A stretch of 64,000 nt of DNA from an uncultured Lachnospiraceae bacterium (GCA_947589155.1 CANQBH010000002.1:56077-120076), one strand, 5' to 3'; shown: positions 1 to 9,985, counted from the stretch's first letter. Notes: generated by a model not told the origin, from the letters alone. Numbers and translations: made by a program.

Positions 1-1100
1 TTCCGGAGGAAGAACTCCCGCTGCTTTTACCGGAAGTGGATTCCTATCAGCCGACAGGCACCGGAGAATCGCCGCTGGCAGCGATCGACGACTGGGTGAA
101 CACGACCTGTCCGTGCTGCGGCGCGCCCGCTAAGAGAGAGACCAACACCATGCCGCAGTGGGCCGGATCTTCCTGGTATTTCCTGCGCTATGTGGACAAT
201 AAAAACGACAAGGAACTGGTCTCCAAAGAAAAGGCCGACGCCTATCTGCCGGTCGATATGTATATCGGCGGCGTGGAACATGCGGTCCTGCATCTTCTGT
301 ATGCGCGGTTTTACACCAAGTTCTTATACGATATCGGCGTTGTGGATTTTGAAGAACCGTTCCGCCGTCTCTTTAATCAGGGTATGGTCTGCGGGCGCGA
401 CAAGGAGACCGGCGCGGCTACCAAAATGAGCAAATCGCTTGGAAACATCGTCTCGCCGGACGATATCGTCCGCGATTACGGCTGCGATTCGCTGCGCCTG
501 TATGAACTGTTCATCGGCCCGCCGGAACTGGATTCCATCTGGGACGACCGCGGACTGGAAGGGATCTACCGCTTTTTGACGAAATTCTGGCATCTCGTCA
601 CCGACCATAAGGACGACGGCGCGCCGGAGAGCAGAGAGTCTCTGCGCGAACGCAACCGTCTGATCTACGACGTGACGACGCGGCTGGAGAGTTTCAGTTT
701 GAATACCGTGGTGTCCGCGTTCATGGAGCACAATAACCGTCTGTGCGATATGGCGAAGGACGGTCGCGTGGATCAAAAGACGCTGGAGACGTTCGTGCTG
801 CTGCTCGCGCCGTTCGCCCCGCATATCAGCGAGGAACTCTATCACATCCTCGGCCATGAGGAGACGGTCTTTGCGGCGGCGTGGCCGGTTTACGACGAGA
901 AAGCGATGGAAGAAGACGAAGCGGAGATCGCCGTACAGTTGAACGGCAAGACCCGCGCCGTGATCCGGATCGCGAAAGACGCGGACAAAGAAGAAGCGGT
1001 CGCCGCGGGCAAAGCGGCGCTGGGCGACAAATTGTCCGGCACGATCGTCAAGGAGATCTATGTGCCGGGACGCATTATCAATATCGTTGCCAAAGGCTAA
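1..1100 (+). CDS. leuS: Leucine--tRNA ligase, 5'-truncated by window edge
   Basis: RETNTMPQWAGSSWY, YIGGVEHAVLHLLYARF and KMSKS motifs; C-terminal VPGRIINIV. Confidence 0.97.
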   Translation, partial: PEEELPLLLPEVDSYQPTGTGESPLAAIDDWVNTTCPCCGAPAKRETNTMPQWAGSSWYFLRYVDNKNDKELVSKEKADAYLPVDMYIGGVEHAVLHLLYARFYTKFLYDIGVVDFEEPFRRLFNQGMVCGRDKETGAATKMSKSLGNIVSPDDIVRDYGCDSLRLYELFIGPPELDSIWDDRGLEGIYRFLTKFWHLVTDHKDDGAPESRESLRERNRLIYDVTTRLESFSLNTVVSAFMEHNNRLCDMAKDGRVDQKTLETFVLLLAPFAPHISEELYHILGHEETVFAAAWPVYDEKAMEEDEAEIAVQLNGKTRAVIRIAKDADKEEAVAAGKAALGDKLSGTIVKEIYVPGRIINIVAKG

Positions 1101-1113
1101 ACGGCCCCGCCCA

Positions 1114-1135
1114 TTTCCGGCGTCCGCCGGAAAAA
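1114..1135 (-). terminator. Intrinsic terminator between convergent leuS and the minus-strand small genes
   Basis: TTTCCGGC-GTCC-GCCGGAAA hairpin with adjacent A tract (U tract on - strand). Confidence 0.6.
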
Positions 1136-1150
1136 GCGGAGCGCGGCCGA

Positions 1151-1429
1151 TCAATGCGGGCGGAACTGACGGACCAGTTGGATGATCCGGTCCGCCTTGG
1201 CCTGTTCGGCCGGACTCATATTCTGTTTTAAGATGTTGATCAAAAGCGTGGTCTCGCGGTCGGTGAACTGCAGGCCGCGCTTTTTTGCGTCCGTCGCAGC
1301 GGCGGCAAGTTCTGCGGCCAGATCGTTGACGTTGCCCGAGGTATGCTGCGCGGCAAACTGTTCCAAAAACTGCTGTTTTTCCTTGGGAAGGGCACGAAAG
1401 GCGGGACTGTTCATAAAAGAAGCGTTCAT
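1151..1429 (-). CDS. Hypothetical 92-aa protein (MNASFMNSPAF...), probably sporulation-associated
   Basis: Start revised to ATG 1429: GGAGG upstream and ATGA overlap with the stop of the 1426-1776 gene. Confidence 0.75.
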   Translation of the reverse strand: MNASFMNSPAFRALPKEKQQFLEQFAAQHTSGNVNDLAAELAAAATDAKKRGLQFTDRETTLLINILKQNMSPAEQAKADRIIQLVRQFRPH

Positions 1430-1776
1430 TCTGTTTCCTGACCTCCGCTGAATAAGATGTCGTAAGTGGATATCATCTGTAAGGCGTTTAGCATGTGGTC
1501 GATCTGCTGCTGTTCGCGTTTTGTGCAGTATTGCTTTACGGCGTTTAGCATATCCGCCGTATGGTCCTGCTTTTCCATGGCGCATAACTGCATGGTGTTT
1601 TCCGGATTTTCAAAATATTCCATTGTGCGCTGCATCTGCATAAAGGAAATGACCATGGAGATGTTTTTCTGCGAGGTGGGATTGAGATAGGGGAGCATGG
1701 CCTTTAGGATATTGACTTCACGGCTCTGCGCCCGGTCTTCATACAATGAGATAGGATCCAATGCTTGATCTTCCAT
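1426..1776 (-). CDS. Hypothetical 116-aa protein, probably sporulation-associated
   Basis: Clean ORF, translationally coupled to the downstream gene; CATATAGT (sigE/K-type -10) 11 nt before the ATG. Confidence 0.75.
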   Translation of the reverse strand: MEDQALDPISLYEDRAQSREVNILKAMLPYLNPTSQKNISMVISFMQMQRTMEYFENPENTMQLCAMEKQDHTADMLNAVKQYCTKREQQQIDHMLNALQMISTYDILFSGGQETE

Positions 1777-1843
1777 TTTTTATTTTTACTATATGTTCGT
1801 TCCGTTTGGGATAGAATACATATACTAAGAAAAAAGGGAAAAA

Positions 1844-1975
1844 ATGAAACGTCTGATCTTAAAAGAAAACGAATGTTATGAAATAGATCTTGCCTGTCGG
1901 GAAGAAAAACAGAGGAAAAAGCGCTGCGAGGCGTGCCGCGATAAGGAGCGGGAGGAAAAACAAAAAGAAAAGTAA
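1844..1975 (+). CDS. 43-aa small protein not in the ORF track (MKRLILKENECYEIDLACREEKQRKKRCEACRDKEREEKQKEK)
   Basis: Translated by hand; AAAGGGAA RBS; CATATACT -10-like box at 1819-1826; terminator directly after the stop. Confidence 0.65.
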   Translation: MKRLILKENECYEIDLACREEKQRKKRCEACRDKEREEKQKEK

Positions 1976-1978
1976 AAT

Positions 1979-2005
1979 AAAAAAGCGCCGGCCGGCGCTT
2001 TTTTT
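1979..2005. terminator. Bidirectional intrinsic terminator
   Basis: Perfect palindrome AAAAAAGCGCCGGCCGGCGCTTTTTT between convergent small genes. Confidence 0.85.
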
Positions 2006-2016
2006 CCTATGCAGTT

Positions 2017-2226
2017 TTAGAAGAAGCCGTTGCCGCCGCAGCCATTACCGCAGCAAAGAAGCAAAAGGATGATCCAGATGCAGCTGTTGTCGCTTCCGCA
2101 TCCGTCGTTGCTGAACGGAGATCCGTTTCCTCCGCACAGGGAAAGTAATAAGATGATCCAGATGATGGAACTGCATCCATTGTCATTTCCACCACATCCA
2201 CAGTTTGTTGCTACCAGGTCGCTCAT
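2017..2226 (-). CDS. Cys/Gly-rich 69-aa internally duplicated protein; likely spore coat/exosporium component
   Basis: AAGGAGG RBS; two copies of GCG..N..S.IWIILLL..CG.NG; sigK-like promoter. Confidence 0.8.
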   Translation of the reverse strand: MSDLVATNCGCGGNDNGCSSIIWIILLLSLCGGNGSPFSNDGCGSDNSCIWIILLLLCCGNGCGGNGFF

Positions 2227-2253
2227 AAGAAACCTCCTTGATCTTTACAATGT

Positions 2254-2279
2254 ATCTTATGGCGCGAAGGAAAAACGGT
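2254..2279 (-). promoter_or_regulatory. SigK-like promoter of the Cys-rich gene
   Basis: On - strand AC-16 nt-CATAAGAT, matching AC-N16-18-CATA---T. Confidence 0.6.
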
Positions 2280-2367
2280 GACAGATTTTTTTTCAAAACT
2301 TTGCAACTTTACCAAAACGTGATGTTTTGCTATACTGGAAAGCGATAAAATATAGGAGGATACAATT

Positions 2368-3573
2368 ATGGAAAAGATCACGATGAAGACCCCGCTGGTA
2401 GAAATGGACGGAGATGAGATGACACGGATCCTCTGGCAGATGATCAAAGAGGAACTGCTGCTTCCCTTTATAGAGTTAAAGACCGAATACTACGATCTGG
2501 GGCTTGAGAACCGGAACGCGACCGACGATCGGGTGACGGTGGAGTCCGCGGAAGCGACAAAAAAATACGGCGTCGCCGTCAAATGCGCGACCATTACGCC
2601 GAATGCCGCGCGTATGAGCGAATACGACCTCAAGGAAATGTGGAAAAGCCCGAACGGTACGATCCGCGCGATTTTAGACGGTACGGTATTCCGCGCGCCG
2701 ATCGTGGTCAAGGGGATCGAGCCGTGCGTCCGCAACTGGAAGAAACCGATCACGATTGCCCGTCATGCCTACGGCGACGTCTATAAAAACACGGAAATGA
2801 AGATTCCGGGAAAGGGCAGGGTAGAACTGGTTTATACCGCGGACAACGGAGAGACAAAAAAAGAACTGGTCCATCAGTTCGACGGGCCGGGCGTCGTGCA
2901 GGGACAGCACAATCTCTGCGGTTCCATCGAGAGTTTTGCGCGCAGTTGCTTCAATTACGCGCTGGACATTAAACAGGATCTCTGGTTCGCAACCAAAGAC
3001 ACCATTTCCAAACAGTACGACCACACGTTCAAGGATATCTTTCAGGAGATCTTTGACGCGGAATACAAAGAGAAGTTTGACAAGGCGGGCATTACGTATT
3101 TTTATACGCTGATCGACGACGCGGTGGCGCGGGTGATGAAATCCGAGGGCGGTTATATCTGGGCCTGCAAGAATTACGACGGCGACGTCATGAGCGACAT
3201 GATCTCAAGCGCGTTCGGCTCCCTTGCGATGATGACGTCCGTGCTGGTATCGCCGCAGGGATATTATGAATATGAGGCGGCGCACGGCACCGTGCAGCGC
3301 CATTACTACAAGCATCTTGCCGGAGAGGAGACGTCCACCAATTCCGTCGCAACCATCTTTGCATGGACGGGGGCGCTGCGCAAGCGCGGCGAACTTGACG
3401 GCCTTCCGGAACTGGTAGGTTTTGCGGACAAACTGGAAAAAGCGTGCATCCAGACGATCGAGGGCGGACAGATGACAAAAGACCTCGCGCTGATTACGTC
3501 GCAAAAGGATCCGATCGTATTGGACAGCCTCGGTTTCATCCGCGCGATCCGCAAGACGCTGGAGACACTGTAA
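2368..3573 (+). CDS. icd: NADP-dependent isocitrate dehydrogenase
   Basis: [37 protein letters not shown]. Confidence 0.96.
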   Translation: MEKITMKTPLVEMDGDEMTRILWQMIKEELLLPFIELKTEYYDLGLENRNATDDRVTVESAEATKKYGVAVKCATITPNAARMSEYDLKEMWKSPNGTIRAILDGTVFRAPIVVKGIEPCVRNWKKPITIARHAYGDVYKNTEMKIPGKGRVELVYTADNGETKKELVHQFDGPGVVQGQHNLCGSIESFARSCFNYALDIKQDLWFATKDTISKQYDHTFKDIFQEIFDAEYKEKFDKAGITYFYTLIDDAVARVMKSEGGYIWACKNYDGDVMSDMISSAFGSLAMMTSVLVSPQGYYEYEAAHGTVQRHYYKHLAGEETSTNSVATIFAWTGALRKRGELDGLPELVGFADKLEKACIQTIEGGQMTKDLALITSQKDPIVLDSLGFIRAIRKTLETL

Positions 3574-3585
3574 TAGGAGGAGACC

Positions 3586-5523
3586 ATGATCGTATCCTGT
3601 CAGGATATTTCCAAATCCTTTGGCGGCGAAGAAGTGCTTCGCCGCCTTAGTCTGCAGATAAGGGAAGGCGATAAGGTGGCGCTTGTCGGCAGCAACGGCG
3701 CAGGAAAATCCACGCTGCTGAAGATCATCGCGGGAGAACTGGACGCGGACAGCGGGCAGGTGGTGACGGCGAAAGACACGTCGATCGGGTATCTGGCGCA
3801 GTATCAGAACGATATGCAGTCCGGGACCGTATATGAGATCGTACATTCCGCCCGTCAGGATCTTCTGGAGATGAAGCGCCAGCTGCGCGAAATGGAGCAA
3901 AAACTTTCGGAACTTCCCGAGGAGGACGTGACGGCGCTGCTTGAGCAGTACCATGCCAAGAACGCCCAGTTTGACCGCTTGGGCGGTTACAGTTACGATT
4001 CCGAAGTCGGCGGCATCTTAAAGGGCCTCGGTTTTTCGGAAGAAGAGCAGCAAAAAACGCTCTCCATGCTTTCCGGCGGGCAGAAGACCCGCGTGGCGCT
4101 CGGCAGGCTTCTTGTCAAAAAGCCGGATCTTTTATTGCTGGACGAACCGATCAACCATTTGGATCTTTCCGCGATCCAATGGCTGGAGACCTATCTGAAC
4201 GCCTATAAGGGAACGATGATCCTCGTGGCGCACGACCGCTATTTTCTGGATCGGATCGTCAACGCGGTGTTTGACATCGGAAAGGGGCAGGGCGCTTTTT
4301 ACAAAGGCAATTATTCGGCTTATGTAAAGCAGAAGGCGGAAAAAGGAAAAACGCTCCTGCGCGAATATGAAAAACAGCAGGCGAAGATCGCCCATCAGGA
4401 AGAAGTGATCGACCGGCTGAAACAGTTTAACAGGGAAAAATCGATCAGGCGCGCCGAAAGCCGTCAGAAAGCCCTCGACAAGATCGAGCGGATCGAAGCG
4501 CCGCAGACAAAAGAAAAGCAGATGAAACTCATGCTGGAGCCGGAGCACGAAAGCGGCGGCGACGTGATGGAACTCAAAGGGCTTGGGAAGTCCTACAATG
4601 GACGGCCTCTTTTTGAGGATTTTTCTTTTCTGCTGCGCCGCGGCGAACATGTGGCCATTCTGGGCGACAACGGTACGGGCAAAACGACGCTGCTAAAGAT
4701 CATCAACGGCAGGGTCGATGCGGATACGGGCTTTGTGCGTCTGGGTGCGAACGTCAGCGTGGGGTATTACGATCAGGAACAGCAGCAGTTGGACGACCGG
4801 CGGACGCTGTTTGAAGAAATGCAGGAGGCGTATCCGAACCTGACGCAGACGAAGATCCGAAACGTCCTGGCGGCGTTTATGTTTTTTGGCGACGACTGTT
4901 TTAAGAAGATCGGCGATCTCAGCGGCGGCGAGCGCGGCCGGATCTCCCTTGCAAAACTCATGCTGTCCGGCGCGAATTTTCTGATCTTGGACGAGCCGAC
5001 CAACCATCTGGACATGGAGTCCAAAGAGATCTTGGAGCAGGCGCTGAACCGTTACAGCGGCACGCTGCTCTATGTGTCCCACGACCGCTATTTTATCAAC
5101 CGCACCGCGCATAAGATCTTGGAACTTGACGGCTGCGTTTTTCGGGAATATCTGGGCGATTATGACGACTTTTTGCAAAAAAAGACGGGATCGCAGGAGG
5201 AACAGATAAAAGCGCAGCCGGAGAGCCGTCCGTCCGGCGAAGGGCGGGAGCAGTGGAAGGAGCAGAAGCGGGCGCAGAGCGAAAAGAGAAAGAAAGAGGC
5301 GCGGCTTCTTGACTGCGAAAAAGAGATCGAAGGACTTGAAGAAACGATCAAAAGCATCAACGAAGAATTCTTAAAAGAAGAAGTGGCGCGTTCCTCGGAA
5401 CGCCTGAACGAGTTGAGCGCGCAGCGGAAGGAATGTGAGGAAAGGCTCGAGGAAGCAATGCAGCGCTGGGAACGTCTGGCGGAGGAAGTCGAGGACGGCG
5501 AGCGGCCATCCGTTGACAGATAA
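3586..5523 (+). CDS. ABC-F family ATPase (YdiF/Uup-like)
   Basis: Two ABC cassettes (GSNGAGKST, LSGGQ; GDNGTGKTT, LSGGE), no TM segments, C-terminal coiled coil; adjacent to rex. Confidence 0.92.
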   Translation: MIVSCQDISKSFGGEEVLRRLSLQIREGDKVALVGSNGAGKSTLLKIIAGELDADSGQVVTAKDTSIGYLAQYQNDMQSGTVYEIVHSARQDLLEMKRQLREMEQKLSELPEEDVTALLEQYHAKNAQFDRLGGYSYDSEVGGILKGLGFSEEEQQKTLSMLSGGQKTRVALGRLLVKKPDLLLLDEPINHLDLSAIQWLETYLNAYKGTMILVAHDRYFLDRIVNAVFDIGKGQGAFYKGNYSAYVKQKAEKGKTLLREYEKQQAKIAHQEEVIDRLKQFNREKSIRRAESRQKALDKIERIEAPQTKEKQMKLMLEPEHESGGDVMELKGLGKSYNGRPLFEDFSFLLRRGEHVAILGDNGTGKTTLLKIINGRVDADTGFVRLGANVSVGYYDQEQQQLDDRRTLFEEMQEAYPNLTQTKIRNVLAAFMFFGDDCFKKIGDLSGGERGRISLAKLMLSGANFLILDEPTNHLDMESKEILEQALNRYSGTLLYVSHDRYFINRTAHKILELDGCVFREYLGDYDDFLQKKTGSQEEQIKAQPESRPSGEGREQWKEQKRAQSEKRKKEARLLDCEKEIEGLEETIKSINEEFLKEEVARSSERLNELSAQRKECEERLEEAMQRWERLAEEVEDGERPSVDR

Positions 5524-5541
5524 AAACAAAAAAATTATAAT
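5513..5541 (+). promoter_or_regulatory. Consensus sigA promoter of rex
   Basis: TTGACA-17 nt-TATAAT. Confidence 0.85.
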
Positions 5542-5576
5542 TTTTTATATACGATAACAGGGATGAGGAGTGAAAA

Positions 5577-6209
5577 ATGGAAAAGGAAATTTCCCAGGCA
5601 GTGATCCGCAGGATGCCGCGGTATTACCGGTATCTCGGAGAACTTCTGGACGCCGGCGTCGATCGGATATCTTCCAACGAACTCAGCAGCCGGATGCGCG
5701 TGACCGCGTCGCAGATCCGGCAGGATCTTAATAATTTCGGAGGTTTCGGACAGCAGGGATACGGCTATAACGTCCGCTATCTGTACGATGAGATCGGCAA
5801 GATCCTCGGACTTGACCGGACGCACAACATGATCGTTGTCGGCGTGGGAAATTTAGGGCAGGCGATCGCCAATTACGTCAAATTTGAAAAGTTAGGGTTC
5901 TGCATCGTCGGGCTCTTTGATATCGACCCGTCGCTGCGGGGAAAGCAGGTGCGCGGCCTTTTCGTCCAGATGTTGGAGGAACTGCCCGCTTTTCTGGAGG
6001 ATCACACCGTGGAGATCGCGGCGCTGACGATCCCGAAAGAAAACGCGGAGGCGACCGCAAAGCAGCTGCAGAGCCTCGGGATCGGCGCGATCTGGAATTT
6101 TGCGCACGTCGATCTGGACTGCGTGGAAGGTCTGGTCGTGGAAAACGTGCATTTGTCCGACAGTCTGATGCAGTTATCTTACAACATCGCAAATCATAAC
6201 GACAGGTAG
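5577..6209 (+). CDS. rex: Redox-sensing transcriptional repressor Rex
   Basis: RRMPRYYRYL...QIRQDLNNFGGFGQQGYGY, GVGNLG Rossmann motif, IWNFA. Confidence 0.96.
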   Translation: MEKEISQAVIRRMPRYYRYLGELLDAGVDRISSNELSSRMRVTASQIRQDLNNFGGFGQQGYGYNVRYLYDEIGKILGLDRTHNMIVVGVGNLGQAIANYVKFEKLGFCIVGLFDIDPSLRGKQVRGLFVQMLEELPAFLEDHTVEIAALTIPKENAEATAKQLQSLGIGAIWNFAHVDLDCVEGLVVENVHLSDSLMQLSYNIANHNDR

Positions 6210-6220
6210 GGGATGATGAC

Positions 6221-6901
6221 TTGAAGCAGGAACTTTTCTCCGAAGCCTTATCCATGGTCAATGTTCCGATCCTGATTCTGGATCAGAAATGGCACCGGCT
6301 TTTTGCGCTGGACGGCAAGCCGGAAACGGTCAGGGAACTGGAACAGGAACTGGACGCGCTGCTGGCGCGGCAGGGCAAACTGAATCAGGAACTCAAGGAG
6401 TTAAAAAAGATCAAGGGCGGCCTGATGAAAGACATCGTGGAGCACATGGACGACACGCAGGACGCGAGGGATGATTCTGCGGCAAAACGCATGGAGGAAA
6501 ACAAGCGGCTGATCGAGGAAGTCAAGCAGAAGACGGAAGAAAACGAAGACGAACTTCTGGAACTGCCCAAGCGTATCCGCGACGTCAACCGTCAGCTGAT
6601 GCTGGAGACGATGACGTTTTGTTATGACAGGCTGCGCAAAAATTACAGCGAGGCCGAGGAGATCTCCCAATGGATCAAGCAGGTGCGGGTGGAACTCAAG
6701 AAAAACATCATCCGCAAGCAGAATCGGGAGATCAACAATAAAGAAATCTACGCATATATGCACGATATCTTTGGAAAGGATATCATGGATCTGTTCGACG
6801 TAAGAAACAGCGATGTGGATCTGATCACGGGGGAAGACCGGATCACCGGCGACACCTCGGACGTCGAGACCATTGCAAAAAACGGAGAAAATAACGAGTA
6901 A
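6221..6901 (+). CDS. Hypothetical coiled-coil protein
   Basis: Operonic ORF with heptad-rich E/K/L central region. Confidence 0.8.
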   Translation: MKQELFSEALSMVNVPILILDQKWHRLFALDGKPETVRELEQELDALLARQGKLNQELKELKKIKGGLMKDIVEHMDDTQDARDDSAAKRMEENKRLIEEVKQKTEENEDELLELPKRIRDVNRQLMLETMTFCYDRLRKNYSEAEEISQWIKQVRVELKKNIIRKQNREINNKEIYAYMHDIFGKDIMDLFDVRNSDVDLITGEDRITGDTSDVETIAKNGENNE

Positions 6902-6921
6902 GAAAGAAAAGCGGAGCAAAG

Positions 6922-8409
6922 ATGGATCCTGTTGTAACGGCCTCGCAGAGCAGAGAGGCGGATGAATATACCATACAGACACACGGCGTACCTTCCCTTG
7001 TGCTGATGGAGCGCGCGGCGCTTGCCTGCGTCGATGAGATGGAGAAGCGCGGGCTTCTGGGGCAAAAGATCGGCGTGGCCTGCGGCGCGGGAAATAACGG
7101 CGGCGACGGTCTGGCCATCGCGCGCCTGCTGCACCTGCGCGGCGCGGACGTTATGGTCTATCAGGCCGGAAGTTGGAATAAAATGACGCAGGACTGTACG
7201 CGGCAGCGCGACATCTGCAAGACCTATCAGGTCCGCTTTTCCGACAGTCTGCAGGAACTCCTGCAATGCCGGGTGATCGTGGACGCGATCTTCGGCGTCG
7301 GGCTTTCGCGTGAAGTCACGGGAGATCATGCAGACCTGATACGCCGGATCAACGAAGCGCCTGCGTTTAAGGTCGCCGTGGATATGCCGTCCGGCGTTTC
7401 GGCGGACAGCGGGAAGCGATTGGGCGAAGCGCTGGCCGCGGATCTGACGGTCACGTTTGCTTTTGCAAAAGCGGGACAGTTGGTCTATCCGGGCAAAAAA
7501 TACTGCGGCGAACTGGTCGTATCGGACATCGGGATCACGCCGGATCCAAAAAAACAGCCGGATTGTTTTCGTTGTACGCCGGACGATCTGGGGCATTTGT
7601 CTCCGCTTTTGGCGGACGATCATAAAGGCAGCAGGGGGCGCGTGCTTTGTATCGCGGGAAGCCGCGGCATGGGAGGCGCGGCCTGTCTCTGCGCGCATGC
7701 GGCACTGGCGAGCGGGTGCGGCATGGTAAGGATCTATACGCCTTCCTGCAACCGTGAAGCGATCTTGAGCCGCCTGCCGGAGGCGCTGGTCGACGGTTAC
7801 GAAACGTATCGCGAAGAAATGCTGCTTGCTGCCATGGAATGGGCGGATTCGATCGTGATCGGCCCGGGGCTTGGCACGGACGAAACCGCGGAGGCGATCG
7901 TCGACTGTGTATTCCGCCGCGCTTCTTTACCGCTTTTGGCGGATGCGGACGCGCTCACGCTTCTTGCGAGGCGGCCGGAACTTTTCCATGAAACGTCGGC
8001 GCCCCTGATATTGACGCCGCACATGGGGGAGATGGCAAGGCTCTTATCCGTTTCCCTGCAGGATGTTTTGGACGACCGGCTAAAGATCTGCCGCTCGTTT
8101 GCCAAAGAGTACGGCGTGACCCTCGTCTTAAAAGACGCCGCGACGATGACGGCGCTGGCGGACGGCAGGCTGTTCCTCAACGATTCCGGCAACGCCGGTA
8201 TGGCTACGGCGGGCAGCGGCGACGTCCTCGCCGGTATTCTGGCGGGCCTTCGGGCGCAGGGGACGGCGGGCGAGTGGGCGGCTCCTCTTGGCGTGTATCT
8301 GCACGGCCTCGCGGGAGATTGCGCGGCGCAGGAGAACAGTATGCGCGGCATGACGGCGTCGGATCTGATCGCCGGAATGAAAACGATCTATAAAGAAAGA
8401 GGAATGTAA
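6922..8409 (+). CDS. nnr: Bifunctional NAD(P)HX epimerase/dehydratase
   Basis: LMERA, GNNGGDG, DMPSG, GPGLG, DADAL, TPHMGE, GSGDVLAG. Confidence 0.93.
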   Translation: MDPVVTASQSREADEYTIQTHGVPSLVLMERAALACVDEMEKRGLLGQKIGVACGAGNNGGDGLAIARLLHLRGADVMVYQAGSWNKMTQDCTRQRDICKTYQVRFSDSLQELLQCRVIVDAIFGVGLSREVTGDHADLIRRINEAPAFKVAVDMPSGVSADSGKRLGEALAADLTVTFAFAKAGQLVYPGKKYCGELVVSDIGITPDPKKQPDCFRCTPDDLGHLSPLLADDHKGSRGRVLCIAGSRGMGGAACLCAHAALASGCGMVRIYTPSCNREAILSRLPEALVDGYETYREEMLLAAMEWADSIVIGPGLGTDETAEAIVDCVFRRASLPLLADADALTLLARRPELFHETSAPLILTPHMGEMARLLSVSLQDVLDDRLKICRSFAKEYGVTLVLKDAATMTALADGRLFLNDSGNAGMATAGSGDVLAGILAGLRAQGTAGEWAAPLGVYLHGLAGDCAAQENSMRGMTASDLIAGMKTIYKERGM

Positions 8410-8410
8410 G

Positions 8411-9571
8411 TTGGAAGGAAAGGAAAGAGTGTATGCAGCGGTCGATCTGGACCGTATCCGCGCCAATGTTTCCGCGATGTACGATCACATAAACGGCACG
8501 CCGATCATGGCGGTCGTCAAGACCAACGGTTACGGGCACGGTGCAGTGCCGATCGCCCGCATGTTGGAGGAAGACGACAGGATCTGCGGTTATGCGGTGG
8601 CGACGGCGGAAGAAGCCCTGCAGCTGCGGCGCGCGGGCATACAAAAAATGATCCTGATCCTTGGATATACGTTTCCGAAGGACTATGAAAAACTGATTCG
8701 CGAGCAGATACGGTTCTGCGTTTTTTCTTATGCAATGGCGGCGGAACTTTCCGAGGCGGCCGCGCGGGTCGGCGAACGGGCGTATCTCCACATCAAGATC
8801 GATACCGGTATGCACAGGATCGGCTTTCCGGTTTCGGAAGACGCGCTTTCGGAGATCGAAAGGATCCGCCGTCTTCCAATGCTCTGCTTAGAAGGGATCT
8901 TTACCCATTTTGCGCGGGCGGACGAGGCGGATAAAAGCCATACGAACGCCCAGTACCGGGCGTTTACTGGTTTTTGCGACGCGCTTTTAGAGCGGGGCGT
9001 TGCGTTTCCACTCCGCCACTGCGCGAACAGCGCGGCGATCTTAGAGAGCCCGCAGACAAAAATGGACATGGTCAGAGCGGGGATCACGCTGTACGGCCTT
9101 TGGCCGTCGGAGGAGATCGACCGGAGTTTTCCGCTGCAGGCGGCGATGTCGCTGCATACAAGGATCGTCCATATCAAGACGCTTCCTGCAGGCGCGCCGA
9201 TCAGTTACGGCGGAACGTATCGCACCGCGGGCGAACAAAGGATCGCGACCCTGCCCGTCGGGTACGGCGACGGCTATCCGCGGACGCTTTCCGATCGGGG
9301 GTCGGTGTTGATCCGCGGCAAGCGGGCGAAGATCGTCGGGCGGGTGTGCATGGACCAGATGATGGTCGATATTACGGACATAAAGGAAGCGCAGCTGTAC
9401 GATCCGGTGACGCTCATCGGGGAGGACGGCGGCGACGCGATCACGATGGAAGAACTCGGCGGACTTTCGGGGCGCTTTAATTATGAACTGGCCTGCGACT
9501 GGGGAATCCGCGTGCCGCGCTATTATTACAGCGGCGGCCGCAAGATTGGCGAGATCGATTTTTTTGCATAA
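8411..9571 (+). CDS. alr: Alanine racemase
   Basis: AVVKTNGYGHG PLP lysine motif, DTGMHRIG, GYGDG, GRVCMDQ. Confidence 0.96.
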   Translation: MEGKERVYAAVDLDRIRANVSAMYDHINGTPIMAVVKTNGYGHGAVPIARMLEEDDRICGYAVATAEEALQLRRAGIQKMILILGYTFPKDYEKLIREQIRFCVFSYAMAAELSEAAARVGERAYLHIKIDTGMHRIGFPVSEDALSEIERIRRLPMLCLEGIFTHFARADEADKSHTNAQYRAFTGFCDALLERGVAFPLRHCANSAAILESPQTKMDMVRAGITLYGLWPSEEIDRSFPLQAAMSLHTRIVHIKTLPAGAPISYGGTYRTAGEQRIATLPVGYGDGYPRTLSDRGSVLIRGKRAKIVGRVCMDQMMVDITDIKEAQLYDPVTLIGEDGGDAITMEELGGLSGRFNYELACDWGIRVPRYYYSGGRKIGEIDFFA

Positions 9572-9579
9572 TCTAATGT

Positions 9580-9608
9580 GAATAGCTTTTGAAATTGTGG
9601 AAATACTT
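9580..9608 (+). promoter_or_regulatory. Possible sigF/sigG-type promoter before mazF
   Basis: GAATA...GGAAATACTT in the 66-bp alr-mazF gap. Confidence 0.35.
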
Positions 9609-9637
9609 TTTTTATCATCAATTTTGGAGAGGGTATT

Positions 9638-9985
9638 ATGACAATTCGTAGAGGCGACATTTATTATGCAGATTTACGTCCGGTCGTAGGATCGGAACAG
9701 GGCGGCATCCGTCCGGTATTGATCATTCAAAACGACGTCGGCAATGCACATTCCCCGACGGTCATCTGCGCGGCAATCACATCGCGGATGAACAAGGCGA
9801 AACTGCCGACCCACGTTTCGCTGGACAGCGGGAAATACGATCTTGTCAAGGACTCGGTGATCCTGCTGGAACAGCTGCGGACGATCGATAAGACAAGACT
9901 CAAAGACAAGATCTGCCACTTGGACCACAAAGCCTTATTTGAAGTGGATAAAGCGCTGGAGATCAGTCTGGAACTGCTTACATAG
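9638..9985 (+). CDS. mazF: MazF/PemK (EndoA-like) endoribonuclease toxin
   Basis: [49 protein letters not shown]. Confidence 0.95.
   Translation: MTIRRGDIYYADLRPVVGSEQGGIRPVLIIQNDVGNAHSPTVICAAITSRMNKAKLPTHVSLDSGKYDLVKDSVILLEQLRTIDKTRLKDKICHLDHKALFEVDKALEISLELLT

Noticed and set aside
2017-2226. RiPP/bacteriocin precursor
   Set aside because: No modifying enzymes, transporter or immunity gene nearby; the sigK-like promoter favours a spore structural role
1890-2281. ORF-track calls 1890-2072, 2007-2201 and 2030-2281
   Set aside because: They cross the terminator or overlap the better-supported 69-aa and 43-aa genes, and show no clear RBS
9575-9610. Rex operator near mazF
   Set aside because: TGTGAA half-site lacks the matching TTCACA half
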